Source: Blastocladiella emersonii ATCC 22665 (Eukaryota; Fungi; Blastocladiomycota). From it: a stretch of 64,000 nucleotides of DNA. The stretch spans positions 3,472,001 through 3,536,000 of the forward strand of contig JANHCV010000001.1 of NCBI GenBank assembly GCA_025594325.1. The letters run 5' to 3'. How positions within the stretch are numbered: the stretch's first letter is position 1; the number at the start of each line of letters is the position of its first letter. Shown one piece after another: positions 12,074 through 24,734 of the stretch. The translations under genes and the position numbers were made by a program. The notes under the pieces were generated by a model. That model had not been told where the DNA came from, ran no database searches, and was given only the letters and a program-made list of their open reading frames with translations.

Positions 12074-12763
12074 ATGAGCGCTCCGCTGTCCACGATCAAC
12101 GGGTCGACACTCGCACCCAGCGTGTCGGTCCCGCTCGGCCCGCGGCCCACGCTCGTGGCCGAGCCCGCGCTGCACTTTATGCTCATGGAGATGGTCCACA
12201 CGCTAGAGGCTTCGACGCCACACGCCTCGGGCGACCGCGAGGCTGTCTACTTTAAGCTCGAGATGCTCGGCTACAATGTCGGCCAGCGGCTTGTCGAGCG
12301 GTGCCGATTTGCTCCCTGGCACCTACTCCCTAAACCTCGCTGATTTGTAAACCCGTCGCGATAGCATGGCCAAGGACCACGCGCGGTTCAAGGACACGCT
12401 CGACGTGGTCAAGTTCATCTGCAAGGACTTTTGGACCGCGCTCTTCCGCAAGCAGGTCGACAACCTCAAGACCAACCACCGCGGTGTCTACGTGCTGCAG
12501 GATAACAATTTCCGCTGGTTCACCAACGCGAGCTCCGCCGGGTCGCCACAAGACACGACGCGCGCCATGACGCCCGTACGCGTCCCGCCTCACTCGCTTG
12601 CCGCACCGCAACTCACCTCCACCGCGCGACTATATAGTACCTCTGGTTCCCGTGCGGCCTGATCCGCGGCGCCCTCGCTGGCCTCGGCCTGCCAACCGTC
12701 GTCATGGCCGAGTCCGCCGGCCTGCCGCAGTGCACGTTCCAGATCAAGATCGCGTCGCGCTAG
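12074..12763 (+). CDS. TRS33: TRAPP complex subunit Trs33/TRAPPC6, 3 exons
   Basis: KLEMLGYNVGQRLVER, RFKDTLDVVKFICKDFWTALFRKQVDNLKTNHRGVYVLQDNNFRW, YLWFPCGLIRGALAGLG, CTFQIK. Confidence 0.95.
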
Positions 12764-12800
12764 TCGGTATACACATGGATGTACATTTTTCTCTTCTCTC

Positions 12801-14189
12801 TCACGCTTCTCGGTTCCGATCGACCGACCACCGCCGCACCTCGACCTCGCGCAGCTGCGCGCCGCGGACCTCGGTCGGCAGCCACCCCACCGGTGCTGCG
12901 GACTTGGGTGTGCCGTTGGCGGTCGCGGACTTGGCGGCGCTTGGCGGGAGCCAGTGGCCGGTGCGCATCCAGTGCCGCGTGAGCGCGAACGTCGTTGCCG
13001 CGGCGTACCAGGCCACGCACGCCCAGAACGTGAGCAGGGCGATGACGGTCGAGACCGTGGTGGCGTTGTCGTCGGACTTGGTCGTGGCGCGCCCGGCGGT
13101 TCTTGGTGAGGGCAGGGTCACGTAGCACAGCAGAAGGCGCTGCACGATCAATCTCAGTCAGCACCTCGCTCCAGTTCGGTGAGGGCGAACGGCGTACCTT
13201 CTTGGCATGGCTCACGACCCGCTGCGTTGTCTTGAGCCACGCTGCCGGGTGGTCGGTCGGCAGCTCGAGCCGCTGGTGCGCGGGCGTCGGGATCACGACC
13301 ACGGCGTGCACTGAGTGCGCGTACTGCGGGCCCTTGGAGTACAGCACTACACAGATTCAGCGCCGTGAGCCTCCACCCGCCTCGCAAACCGCGCGCAGGA
13401 CGTACGATAGTCGACGCCAAACTTGCTCCCGCACTTGGGCACCCACCCGGCGCGCCGGTAGTACGCGTACGCCGCGTACCGCGCGCGGAACCGTTCCGCC
13501 TCGCCCGCCGCACGCACCAGCTGCTCCCACAGCGTCGGCGTGTCGAGCGTGGCGCGGTCCTCGGTCTCGACGATCAGCAGGTCGAGCGACGCCAGGTACA
13601 CGGCTTCTTCGGGCATCAGGCACAGCGACTCGAGCGCCAGGTCGAGGTCGCCCGCAGCCATTCGCACGCGCGCCGTGAACTGATTCGAGCGGAGCTGTCA
13701 GTTTGCAGCCTCCAAGCGGACTGTGAGTGAAAGACGTGCCTCGGCCACCTTCTTGACATCAAGCACCCCGTCCTCGCCGTACCGCTGCCGCGTGCGGCGC
13801 GTCTTCCGCTGCGCAGCGAGATCCTCGACGTAGATGGCCTTCTCCCTCCCCTTTCCGCCCTCGCTCACCCCCTCCCCGTCTTCCTCCTCCTCGCTCGTCA
13901 CGTCAGGCGTCGGCGCAACCGCCGCCGCCGCGGTGCGGTCCCACCACGTCGGCTCGCTGCGCGACAGCGTGCCGGTGCCGAACGCGCCGTTGGCCCACAG
14001 CGCGGCCATGTCCTCGCGGTTCGTCACGAGGACCGTGAGGTCCGCGGAACCCGGGTGCGCGACGAGGAGCGCGCGCGACGGGCGGTCGGGCAGCATCCGC
14101 AGGTCCTTCTTCTTGACGCGCGGGCGCGGTGCGCGTTTGGCTAGGGGTTCAGGCTGTGCAGTAGATGCATTGGTTGGCGGTGGGTTCAT
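12801..14189 (-). CDS. SEN2: tRNA-splicing endonuclease subunit Sen2, multi-exon
   Basis: LWANGAFGTGTLSRSEPTW, ESLCLMPEEAVYL, RYAAYAYYRRAGWVPKCGSKFGVDY, YSKGPQYAHS, RVVSHAKK, LLLCYV, REVEVRRW. Confidence 0.9.
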
Positions 14190-14430
14190 TGCGTCGAGCG
14201 AGAGAGGGGAGAGGAGGTAGACTTGCGGCAGAACCCCTGCTTGCGGCGCGGATCTGGTCGGCCTCGCCGACAGCGCGAGGGTGATTGGACTGCCAGGGCC
14301 ATCTCGACGTGATGCGCCACAGCGAGGTCAGAATCGATGAGTTTCTACGTTGTTATTGTACATTGTGGGGTGAGTGGGGGCAGCAGCGGCGCAGCAGCCT
14401 CGGCCGAGCCCGCGCGCCAGACCATCCCGC

Positions 14431-16344
14431 TCACGGCGGCGACACGCTCATCGTCTCGTTGATCTCGCCCGCGGCGGTGATGGCCTTGTAGAATCGCTTG
14501 AACTCGAGCGGGTCGCCCTTGCGGCGGACAAACAGCACGAGCCAGAAGTCGTTGCGGACCGCCTGGATGCGCACGTCGCCGAGCAGCGGGCACCGCCGCC
14601 CGTCGACCGTCGAGAAGGTGACATGGCACGCGCCCGCGTCGAGCGCCACCGTGTTGAACTTGGCCAGCATCGACTCGAGCACCGCCGTGAGCCGGGCGTG
14701 CATGTCGCGCGGCGCGTGCGTCGTGAAGAAGCGCGTGAGCCGGTTCGACGGAAGGAACTGGTTGCCCGAGCTCGGCAGCTGGCTCGCCGTGGGTCGTTGG
14801 GACTGCGTTGCCTGCAAAGGTGTGGCGGAGGTCCCGCGGTCAGTGCTGGGACGGAAGGCGGCGGAGCGCAGCAGCGAGGACGTACGTGAAAGTGCTGAGT
14901 GAGCGTGGTCGCAACGGGCTGCGAGAACCACGATATCCGGTCGTGCGCGCCGCCGAGCGTGGACCCGACCGAGTTGATTTCGTCGGGCTGCGAAAAGGAG
15001 ATGAAGACGGGCGCGTTGATGACGGGGTCCTCGCCGGCCGACTCGAGGCGCACGTGCATCTTCTGTAACAGCAGTGACAGGTCGGCGCACCGCCCGTCGT
15101 CGCCGTACAGCGGGTTGGGCTGGGTGGTCCACGGGTCGGCGGCGACCTTGGCGAGGCGGAACCGCAGCTTGGGCATGTGCAACATGCCGAGGACCAGGTC
15201 GCGCGCCGCGGGCGTCATGGTGGTCCAAGGTGGGCCAAGTTTCCCGCCGTCGTACCGCGCCGAGATGAAGGCGACAAACTCGGGGCTGCGGCCCGTCGGC
15301 TCGTCCCACAGCGAGCACCCGTGCAGGAGCACATACAGGATCACGCCCATGGACCACACGTCGCACATTTCGCCGTCGTATTTGCGCTGCGCCACCTCGG
15401 GCGCGAGGTACGGCGGCGACCCGCACGGCGTCGTCAGCGTCCTCCGCTTGCCCTGGTGTCGGTACACGGTCGCGAAGCCAAAGTCGGATACTTTGAGGTT
15501 GCCCTGGTCGTCGAGCAGCATGTTCTACGCGTGCGTGCGGGATCGCGGGAGTGAGCTCAGCCTCCGCAAAGGCGTGAGCGGGCAAGCGTACCTCGGGCTT
15601 CAGGTCGCGGTGCGCGACGCCGCGGCTGTGCAGGTACACGAGGGCGTTGACAAGCTGGCGAAAGTATAAGTGGGCGACCTCCTCGTCGAGGCCAACGTCG
15701 GGCACTAGTCGGGGCGTACGTACGCGCGTGAGTTGACACCGAGTAACCGATCGGATAATGCACGCACCGATCTTGTCAAACAGCTCGCCGCCCGCTGCGA
15801 GCTCCATGAGCAGGAAGCCAAACTGATCGTCCTCGTAGTGGTCGTACAGGCGGATGACGTTGTCGTGCTTGAGGGCGCTGTGGATCGTGATCTCCTTCTG
15901 CAGGCGCCCGAGCGACGACTGGCGCAGGTCGTGCCCGTTGCCGACGGCCGTGGACGCGGGCGGCGCGGCCTGCGTCATGGGGTCGGCCTGCGAATCGGCG
16001 ACCTCGAAGGCGCGCTTGGCCATGATCTTGACGGCGATGCGCTCGCCCGTCACGGCGTTGATGGCGACCTTGACTCTGGACGCGCACGAAGAGTGGATGG
16101 GAGTGAGCCGTCGCACGGGCCCAGGGCGTAAGATGCGCGCGAGACCGTACTTTCCGTAGGTGCCCTCGCCGACCGTCTCCTTGAGCACGAAGCCGCGCAC
16201 GACGCGCTCGGCGAGCGTGCCCGGAATCGCGCTCTCGGTGCCGTCCCAGTCGAGCGCCTGCGACATGGCGAGCGCGGGCTCGGCCGTCGCGGCGGGCCCG
16301 GTCCCGCTCGCGGCGCCAGGGTCTCCGCCGTCGCGCTGATGCAT
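14431..16344 (-). CDS. CHK1: Checkpoint kinase Chk1, multi-exon
   Basis: VGEGTYG, VAVK-like IAVKIM, GGELFDKI|.PDVGLDEEVAHLYFRQLVNALVYLHSRGVAHRDLKPE, LKVSDFGFAT, CGSPPYLAPE; C-terminal KA1 RLTRFF...RRKGDPLEFKRFYK. Confidence 0.95.
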   Translation of the reverse strand: MHQRDGGDPGAASGTGPAATAEPALAMSQALDWDGTESAIPGTLAERVVRGFVLKETVGEGTYGKYGLARILRPGPVRRLTPIHSSCASRVKVAINAVTGERIAVKIMAKRAFEVADSQADPMTQAAPPASTAVGNGHDLRQSSLGRLQKEITIHSALKHDNVIRLYDHYEDDQFGFLLMELAAGGELFDKIGACIIRSVTRCQLTRVRTPRLVPDVGLDEEVAHLYFRQLVNALVYLHSRGVAHRDLKPEVRLPAHAFAEAELTPAIPHARVEHAARRPGQPQSIRLWLRDRVPTPGQAEDADDAVRVAAVPRARGGAAQIRRRNVRRVVHGRDPVCAPARVLAVGRADGPQPRVCRLHLGAVRRRETWPTLDHHDARGARPGPRHVAHAQAAVPPRQGRRRPVDHPAQPAVRRRRAVRRPVTAVTEDARAPRVGRRGPRHQRARLHLLFAARRNQLGRVHARRRARPDIVVLAARCDHAHSALSRTSSLLRSAAFRPSTDRGTSATPLQATQSQRPTASQLPSSGNQFLPSNRLTRFFTTHAPRDMHARLTAVLESMLAKFNTVALDAGACHVTFSTVDGRRCPLLGDVRIQAVRNDFWLVLFVRRKGDPLEFKRFYKAITAAGEINETMSVSPP

Positions 16345-16697
16345 GGTAGAGGGCGTTGCGGGAGGTCAAGCAGCTTGATTCGTGGCAAATGTCGGGAGAA
16401 GGGGAGAGGGGACGATTTCGCCTTTTGAGGGCGGCGAAGAGTGAGTCGGCCAGCGCGCGCCGTTTCAGCCAGCCGCGAGGTCACGCTCGAAACACTTGAT
16501 TTCGCGACGCGTCGCCCCCGCGCCCGGTCCTCGCTCTCCGGCCTCGCCAGAGACTGGGCGGGCCCGGTACACTCGTCCGAATCCGACTCGATCGAAGAAA
16601 GTGTCCTCGTCGGCGACGAGTCGGACGGCGCTTCCTGCTCGCGCGTCGCCGCGGCATGGGCGAGGTCCGGCTCCCCGCCCGTTACCGTGGGAGCTCC

Positions 16698-16916
16698 ATG
16701 GACTCTGCCGCCTTCGCGCTCGAGTCGGTTTGCCTCAAGGGATGCGTCGATACTGCTGCGTTCTCGGCGATCTACGCTGCCGCACCTCCTGCCGTTGTCC
16801 AAGATCATGACCTCGCTTGGATTAAGAATCAAGCCTATCCTGAGCGCATACCGCCCGCTCTGCGGTCCAAGCCGGCCTTGACGACGTGTACTGCCCGTGT
16901 TGGCCTCATGGTTTAA
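16698..16916 (+). CDS. Possible small or multi-exon hypothetical gene between CHK1 and SMC2
   Basis: ATG-initiated ORF MDSAAFALESVCLKGCVDTAAFSAIYAAAPPAVVQDHDLAWIKNQAYPERIPPALRSKP with protein-like composition; no family recognised. Confidence 0.25.
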   Translation: MDSAAFALESVCLKGCVDTAAFSAIYAAAPPAVVQDHDLAWIKNQAYPERIPPALRSKPALTTCTARVGLMV

Positions 16917-17342
16917 TACCTTCCTCACCAGTGCCATCCACGCAGCGCAACGTCGCGGCTGTGTCAGCGGTCGGTCATGGCCAGCTGCGTCAGAGGCCTC
17001 TCGTGGTCAGCCTGTCGTCGAGTGCCTCCTCGCCCGCACTCAGCCGCGGTCGAGGTCGACGACTTCAATCCCTTGACGGGACCGCCCTCCACCGTCCTTC
17101 CTTGGAAACCGCTCCATCACCCTCGGTATCTCACTTCCTCCCCTTGCGCCCGCTGTGAAAGCTACGCACCGGGCACAGGGGGAGGAAGCTCGCTAGCGGT
17201 GGTGCTGGATCGGCGTCTGGGGAAGCGGGCGGCGGCAGGGCCGGGCGCCGGGTCGTGGTCGTGGTCGTGGGCCTGATTGTGTTGTGGATGTGGACGGAGT
17301 GTGTACAGAGATATACGTGTAGTGTGTTGTCAATCCCGTCCG

Positions 17343-20300
17343 CTACCTTCTCGCCGCGGCGCCCGCCGCCCCCGCTGCACCTGCCCGCCCATGGCCGCCC
17401 GCGGGCGGTCCCTTGATGCGGTCGACGGACGAGGTGCCGTCGCGGAACCGGGTCTTGAAGATGACGTGGGCGTTGGAGAACATGCCCTCCTTGAGCGAGA
17501 CGATGATGAACTGGGAGTTGGTGAACCGCGACTTGATGAGGTGGCCAATGTTCTGGGTGTGCGACAGGTCGAGGGCCGCGTCCACCTCGTCGAGAATGTA
17601 CATGGGCGCGGGCTTGAACTGGAGCAGGGCGAGGACGAGGGCGAGCGCGATGAGCGACCGCTGCCCGCCGCTGAGCTCCATGAGCGACTCCTTCCACAGG
17701 TTGCCGAGCCGCACGCGGATCTCGAGCCCGCTCAGGATCCGGTCCGCGTCCACGGGCGTCAGCGTGGCCGAGTTGCCGCCGGGCAGCAGCTCCGAGAAGA
17801 TCTTGCCGAAGTCCTCGTTGACCTTGGCCCACGTCTTGCGCAGCTCGTCCTCCTTGATGTCGTCGAGCTTGGTGATCGTCTCCTCGATCTTCTCCTTGTC
17901 GCGCAGCACCGTCGCCAACTTGGTCTTGAGCTCGCCCTCGCGCTTCTCCGCCACCCCAATCATCTCCATGACGTTCACGTTGACGTTGCGCTTGAGCTGC
18001 GCGTACCGCTTCTTGAGCTCCGCGAGCCGCGCCTGCGCCTCGGCCAGCGTCATGGCCGGCTGCGACTGGCTCGCCGCGACGCCGTCGCCCGCCGCACCGC
18101 CGCCCGGCGCCGCGGCCTCGAGCCACGCATGCGTTGCAAGGAGCCGGCGCACCGACTCGTTGGCGCGCGCCACGTCCTTTTCGACCTTGGCGACCTCGGC
18201 GCGCGCGCGCTGCTGCTCGCCCTCGCACACGGCGAGGTCCTTGCTGACCTGCGCCGTGCGCCGCGCGAGATCCTGCCGCTCCGCGTCGAACTTGGACATA
18301 TTCTTCTTGACGACCTGGAGCTCGCGCGCCGCGGCCGCGTGCTCGTTGCGCGTGGTGGCGACGAGCGCGGCGGCCCGCGTCGCGTCCTCGGTGGCCGCCG
18401 CGACCGCCGCGCGGAGCTCGTCGAGCTGGGCAGCGGCCGTGGCCGCGTCCTCGCGCAGCTGCGCGGCCTCCATGGCGGCGTTCTCGACGGCGACCTTGGC
18501 GGCGGCGAGATCGCGTGCGGCGGCGGCCTGCTCGCGCTTGGCGGCCGCGAGCTTCTTCTTGAACGTGCTCTTCTGCGCGCCCGTGTCCTGGGTCATGTCG
18601 CGCTCCTCGCGCTCGAGCTCGGCGACCTTGGCGCGGGTCCGCTTCTCACGGTCGCGCGCGTCGGCGAGCCGCGCCTCGACGTTGGCGCGCTCGCGCTGCG
18701 CGGTGCGGAGCTGGTTGGCGAGCGAGGCTTCGTCGCTCTGCGACCCAGCAAGGGCCGCCGAGTCGGCGCGCTGCTGGGCGACCGCGAGGCGGCGGCGGCG
18801 GTCGTCGAGCTCGCCGGCGGCCTCGCGCAGGGCGCGCGCCTTGCCGTCGATGACGCGCAGCTCGCCCGTCACCGTGTCGAGCGCCTGCTCGAGCGCGTGC
18901 ATCTCGTCCTCGACCTCGCGCAGGCGCATCAGCATGACGAGCAGGCCCGACGACTGCGGCTTGGACCCGCCCGACAGCACGCCCGACGGGTCGTACACGT
19001 CGCCGGCCCACGTCACGGACCGCGTGCGGATCGCCGCGTTGAAGGTGACCTGGTTGGCCGCGTTGGCGTCTACACGCATACGCGCACGCGTCAGTTGTCT
19101 GCACCCTCGAAGGCTCGGTGGGAAAACGTACCCTCGCAGATGAACGTGGACCCGAACACGTACTCCATGGCGGGGAGGAGCGACGGGTCGTAGCGGATGA
19201 GCGAGAGGGCGAGCTCGGCCTTGTTGCGCGACACCTGGCGCGCGCGGGCGACCTTGTCCTGGCCGACGCGGTGGCCCTGGATCTTGTTGAGCGGGATCAG
19301 CGTGACGCGCTTGCGCAGGCCCCCGTTCTTGAGGAGCTGCGAGCCGACCACCTCGGTATCGACCACAACCTATGCGGGGGCGCGGTAACGTGAGCCGACG
19401 CACGCCGAAGTGGGAAGCAAATGTCGTACGTTGTGCAACCGGCCACCGGCGGCCATCTCGAGGGCAGCCGACTTTTCGTAGTTCTCCTTGTCGATCCCGA
19501 CGAGCGACGCGACGGTTCCGCGGACCTGGGCGCGGTCGAAATTGGGCCGCGGGTCGCGGTACTGGAAGTTGACGACGTGGGCGAGGCGGCTCATGAGCGA
19601 GTCGCGCTCGGCGGCGAGCTCGTTGAGTCGGTCGCGGTGCTGGCGGTCGGCAGCGCGAAGGTCGTCGACGCGCTCGTCAGGCCTGGCGGCGTCGAGCTCG
19701 GCGACGCGGGCCTCGAGCCGGGCGACCTCGACCTGCAGCTGCTCGGCGTCGCGGGCGACGCGGTCGGACGACTCGTGCTCGCGGGCGACCTCGGGCTCGA
19801 GCGCGGCGATCTCGCGGTCGAGGGCAGTGCCGCGGGCGGCGAGGATGTCCATGTCGTCCTTGAGGGTGGCGAGGACGGCGCGCTCCTCGGCGAGCTGGAG
19901 GGCGAGCTGCGCCGCGGCGCTGGCAGCGGCGCCCGATTCGCCGGCGCGGTCGAGGGCGACGAGCGTGTCCTGGATGCGGTCGACCTCGCGCGACTTGTCG
20001 GCGTGCAGCAGAGTGAGGCGGTCGACGTCGCGGGCGGCGGCGGCGTGGCGCTCGTCGGCGTCGAGGATCGACTGGGCAATGGTGCGGCGCGACCCGATGT
20101 GGGCGTCGAGCGCGGCCTGCTCCTCCTCGACGGTGCGGGCCTTGAGCGAGTGCTGGGTGTCGACCTTGGCGAGCTCGCGGCGCAGGTCGGCCTCGTTGCG
20201 CTCGAGCTCCTTGACCTGCGGCGACGCGAGCGAGTCGAGGATGTGGCGCTCCTTGCGCTCGAGCTCGGCGCGGGTCTCCTCGAGGACGGCGTGCTGGTGG

Positions 20301-21091
20301 TCGAGGCGGTCGAGCTCGGCGCGGTGGCGGTCCGCGGTGGCGGCGCTCGTGTCGAGGATGCGGTTCAGCTTGGCGTACTCGAGGACGACGACGTGGCGCT
20401 CGAGGCGCTCCGTCTCCTGGGCGGTCTGCTGGAAGTCGAGGTAGGCGGCGCGCTCGGAGCGCAGGCGGTCGAGCTTGGGAATGATCTCCTCGCGCAGCAG
20501 GGTCTGGATCTCCTCGAGCTTCTTTTCCTTTTTCGCAATGGTCTTGATGGCCTTGTCCTTGCGCTCCTCGAACATGCGGGTGCCGGCGGCCTCCTCGACC
20601 ATGGCGAGGATCTCCATGGGCTTCATGTTGAGGACCTTGGTGATCTTGCCCTGCATGATGAGGAAGTGCGGGTTGTTGACGTTGAGCTGGACGCTCTGGA
20701 ACAGGTTCTGGATGACGTGCTGCTGGGTGGTGTGGCCGTTGACGAGGTACTTGTTCTTGCCGCCGACGACGACCTGGCGCGTGACGACGATCTCGTCGAA
20801 CTGGGCGTAGCCGACGGGCGAGGCGTCCTTGTCGGCATTGTCGAAGATGATGGAGACGCTGGCCTTCTGGATGCCGGCCTGGCCGCGCTTGTAGACGAGG
20901 TCCTGCAGGTTGGTGGCGCGCACGTGCGACAGCGTGGTGATGCCGAGCACGAAGCAGATGGCGTCGAGAATATTCGACTTGCCCGACCCGTTCAGCCCCG
21001 TCACGGCGTTGAACTGCGGGTCCCACCCGGAGATGATGGTGCGCGCCGCGTACGACTTGAAGCCCTCGAGGACCACCTCCTTGATGTACAT
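17343..21091 (-). CDS. SMC2: Condensin subunit SMC2, multi-exon
   Basis: [61 protein letters not shown], hinge, [45 protein letters not shown]. Confidence 0.98.
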
Positions 21092-21400
21092 GGTGCTCTT
21101 GCGGGTGCAATCAGCGCTTCATGGGTTGTGCGTGGTGGTGCGGGTGCGTTGCACCAGGTCGGGTCGCGCAGATCGTCGAGGGGGCAGGGCAGCGAGGGGA
21201 GGAAGGGCGCGACGGACGCGGCCGCGCGAGCCGTGCACGGCTTAAGCTGCACGTCTCGGCCGGCCCACGTGAGGCGGATCAGCCCGCGCGGAGACGCGAT
21301 TCGCGCCGCGCACGCACTCTCCTCTCCCTCCCCTGTGTCTGCCCTAAAGGCGCGCATGTATCTCTGATAAACTACAACTAGCCGCATCGCAGCTCAAAGA

Positions 21401-23627
21401 ATGCTCGGCTCCACGTCCCGCTCGACGTTACGGGCCGCGGGAACGCCGTCGTCGGCCTCGTCGTCCGCGGGGTACCGGCAGTACCGCGGAACGCCGACGC
21501 GCGGCCTTTCGACGCCGTTTGCCGTCGACACGGGCACCTACGGACGCTCGCTCAAGGGAACGCCGCCAGTCCACGGGAAACGTAAGCCCTTGCCGCCGCG
21601 TTCTCGTCCGACCCCTGGCTGACCGTCCCCTGACTCGGTTAGGCCCGAGTCCGTTCAAAAAGGAGCTCTCGTACGCCGCATACTCGCTCCGCGTCGACGA
21701 CGTGCGCCAGCAGGTCGCGGTACGCTCGCTTCCCACTGCCACATGCACCCTGTCGCATCCGCCTCACCGCAATCCTTGATCGTAGGATGCCCTGCGCGAC
21801 CGCGGCGTCGTCGGCGTCTTCGCCTTCATCCGCTCGCTCAAGCGCGCCGAGTTCAGCGGCGAGGTGTCCATGGCGCGCTTCGAGGAGGTGCTCGAGGAGC
21901 ACCGCCTGGGCCTGTCGCGCCCCGACATGGCGCTGCTCTTCAACGAGTTTGACGAGCGCCGCCGCAACATGGTCAACGTCGAGAAGGTGATTGACGCCTT
22001 CCGCATGCGTCTCGAACCGCGCGCCGTCGACCTGATCGAGGCCATCTTCGACTCGTTCCGCTCCATGCACTCGCGCGTCCAGGCCGCCGAGGTTCGCCGC
22101 CGCTTCCACCCGGCCCACCACCCGGCCGTCATCGCCCGCCGCCGCCGCGAGACCGACGTGCTCGTCGAGTTCCTCGACACCTTCACCCATGACCTCGAGG
22201 TCACCCGCTACGACCTCGTCCGCTACTACGAGCTCGCCCGCCTCGCCTGCGCCGACGACGAGGAGATGTACGCCATCCTGCGCGGGTGCTGGTCCGAGTT
22301 TGTCCCGGCGCACGCCGCCGCCGTCGAGGACGAGGCCGTGCAGACCAACGGGTCCGGCCGCCTCTACGACGACGCCGGTGTGCGCGGGAACGGTAACGGG
22401 TCCGGCGCTGCTGCTGGGCTGGATCTCGACGAGGACGACCGGTACCTCGACCACCGGCCACCCGGTGCCCGTGGGGTTTCCGCGTCTGCGTGGCGCGACG
22501 AGGCCGACTCGCGCGCCTACTCGCCCGAACCCATCCGTCACGGTGTCGGTGCAGCTTCCTCCTCGGACCCGACCGTCGCCGAGATGCGCAACCTCATCGA
22601 CCGCGAGGCGCGCCGCCTCGAGCACCTCGCCGTCGACGACCGCCCGTCGCACACGCTCACCACGACGACGACCAGTACGGGCGCCCCCGTCACCATGGAC
22701 CCGACGTCGACCCTCCCGCCGCCCAAATCCTACGTGCAGCGTCCGTGGGACCGCGAGCCCGACCCGCGCCACCGCGCCATCGGCAACTTTACGGGCTCCC
22801 GCGGTGCGTCGCGGCCCGCCTCATCCATGGGTTCGCTGCTGACGAGCCCCGACGGCGCCGGCGTGTCGTCCGCGCGGTCCGCCGCGTACCACCCGGCGGG
22901 TTCCTTCTCGTTCGCCTCGCCCGTCGCCATCGGCGTGCGCGACGGGCAGACGTCCCTGCCGACCGCGGCGATCCGCGAGATCGACGCCCTGCACACGGCG
23001 CGCAACATGTTCGCGTCGCCGATGCGCCCGTTGACGCGCCTGCGCCGCCACCTGCGCACCGTCGCCGCGCGCGACGGGACCGTCGACCTCGACGCGTTCA
23101 CGACCGCGTGGACGGGCGCCGGCGGGCCCGCCGAGTTTGCGACGGGCGTGTGGCGCGAGCTCGTCGCCGCGCACGGGTCTAGCGGGCCCGGGCTGTCCGT
23201 GAACGAGATCATGCGCGCGCTGCGGATCCGCGACCCGACGCCGCGCCGCGTCGCGATCGTCGACCAGGCGTTTGCGCGGTTCGACGCGCTCGGCGACGGG
23301 AAGGTGCCCAAGGAGGTGCTCCGCAGGGCGTACAACCAGACGTGAGTGGGTCAGCCGCTTCAAGGTGATGAGCGACTGACGTTCCTTGCGCTTCTAGATC
23401 ACCGCAGTCGAGCAAGTCGCGGTCCAACCTCTCGAGTGACATGTGGGCGTGTTTTGGGTACGGCTGGCTGACTTTCATGGTGGTGGACAAGTCACTTACC
23501 TTCCGCTGCACCGTGTAGCGACGACGTGACCCGCGAAGAGTTCCAGGACTACTACGCCGACGTCGGATCGACCATTGACGAGGACAAGTACTTTGTTCTG
23601 CAGGTGTGGACCGAGTGGTCGCTCTGA
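21401..23627 (+). CDS. Calcyphosin-like EF-hand protein with two calcyphosin modules, multi-exon
   Basis: LRDRGVVG..EVSMARFEEVL..LFNEFD..RFHPAHHPAV..ETDVLVEFLDTF..VTRYDLVRYY..DDEEMYAILRGCW; second module IVDQAFARFDALGDG..DDVTREEFQDYYADVGSTIDEDKYFVLQVWTEW. Confidence 0.8.
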
Positions 23628-24734
23628 CATTCGTTCATAAACTTTTGACGTATTCTCACGCACGCCGATGATCGCGATGAAGCGCGGCAAGTCGCGGTCG
23701 GGGGACTCCGCACTTCCAACGTGCTAGCGTGCTGCGCCGTCGCCAAGCCTAGGCCACCCAGGCCATGCGCTTGTTCGAAGGAGTTTCTCACGTGTCAATC
23801 GATAATTGATCGAATTTTCCATCGTGTGACTATCTCCCCGCTCTCGAAGCGCGTTTTGACTCACAAATGCGGGGCTTCAAGTCGAACGAACCCCAGCGCT
23901 GTGGGATCAAAAGTTCCGCTACCACACACATTGAAGGAACGGTGCTGCTCAAAAACAACATTTCCTCTCCATATTAATCCAACGTTTGAAGGTCGAGGAT
24001 GAAGTTGTCGAGAACCCTGCGAGATCCTTGGCGTGGGCCACGGCCACATTTGCAGGAGCCGCCCCCGCTCAAATGACCCAGTTCCGCGTCCAAATATCGT
24101 TCAGACAACTATAAAATCTCAATATAGAATGCCGACGGATTTCGAGCTACAAACAATGTGGGTGCCGCAACTGAGGCCGCGAAAGCTGCGCGTCGTGCGG
24201 GGCGCCGCCTCGGCTGCACCCTCTTGACATGCGGTACTTGTTCTTCGCTGTGGTTATGTTTGACATGCGTGCTAGCGCGCGGGGCGTCGCATGCACTCGG
24301 TGAGTGCGGTTGAGCTCGCTGCGAGACAGCCCGCGAGACGCGTTGCGCCACATCACGTGACCGCGTTTTCGTCTCGACCGCGCGATTTGCGGGTACTGAA
24401 GCGTGCGTGAACCTGCCCAACTTGCTGCAATGGACTTTGAACGTAGCTTGGAGAGTTTCTAGGACTAGCTTGGCGAGTTACCATCAGTGTTGATTGTTCG
24501 GCTGGACAGCGAGTGTCACTGCGACGCCGACGACCGAGTTTTCGCAGTAAGAGGCTCAAGTCTTCAGTTTCAACTCTCGATCTTCGCATTCCGGTAGAAT
24601 ACATTCACGCGGTATAGTCGAGGATCAAACTTCAGTCGCACCGCGGCTCTCACTGAGCGCTGCAGCGAGCGCATGACCCGGTCGAGAGCAATGAATATTA
24701 GAACGATATATCAGGTGAAAAAAAGTGCCCGAGG

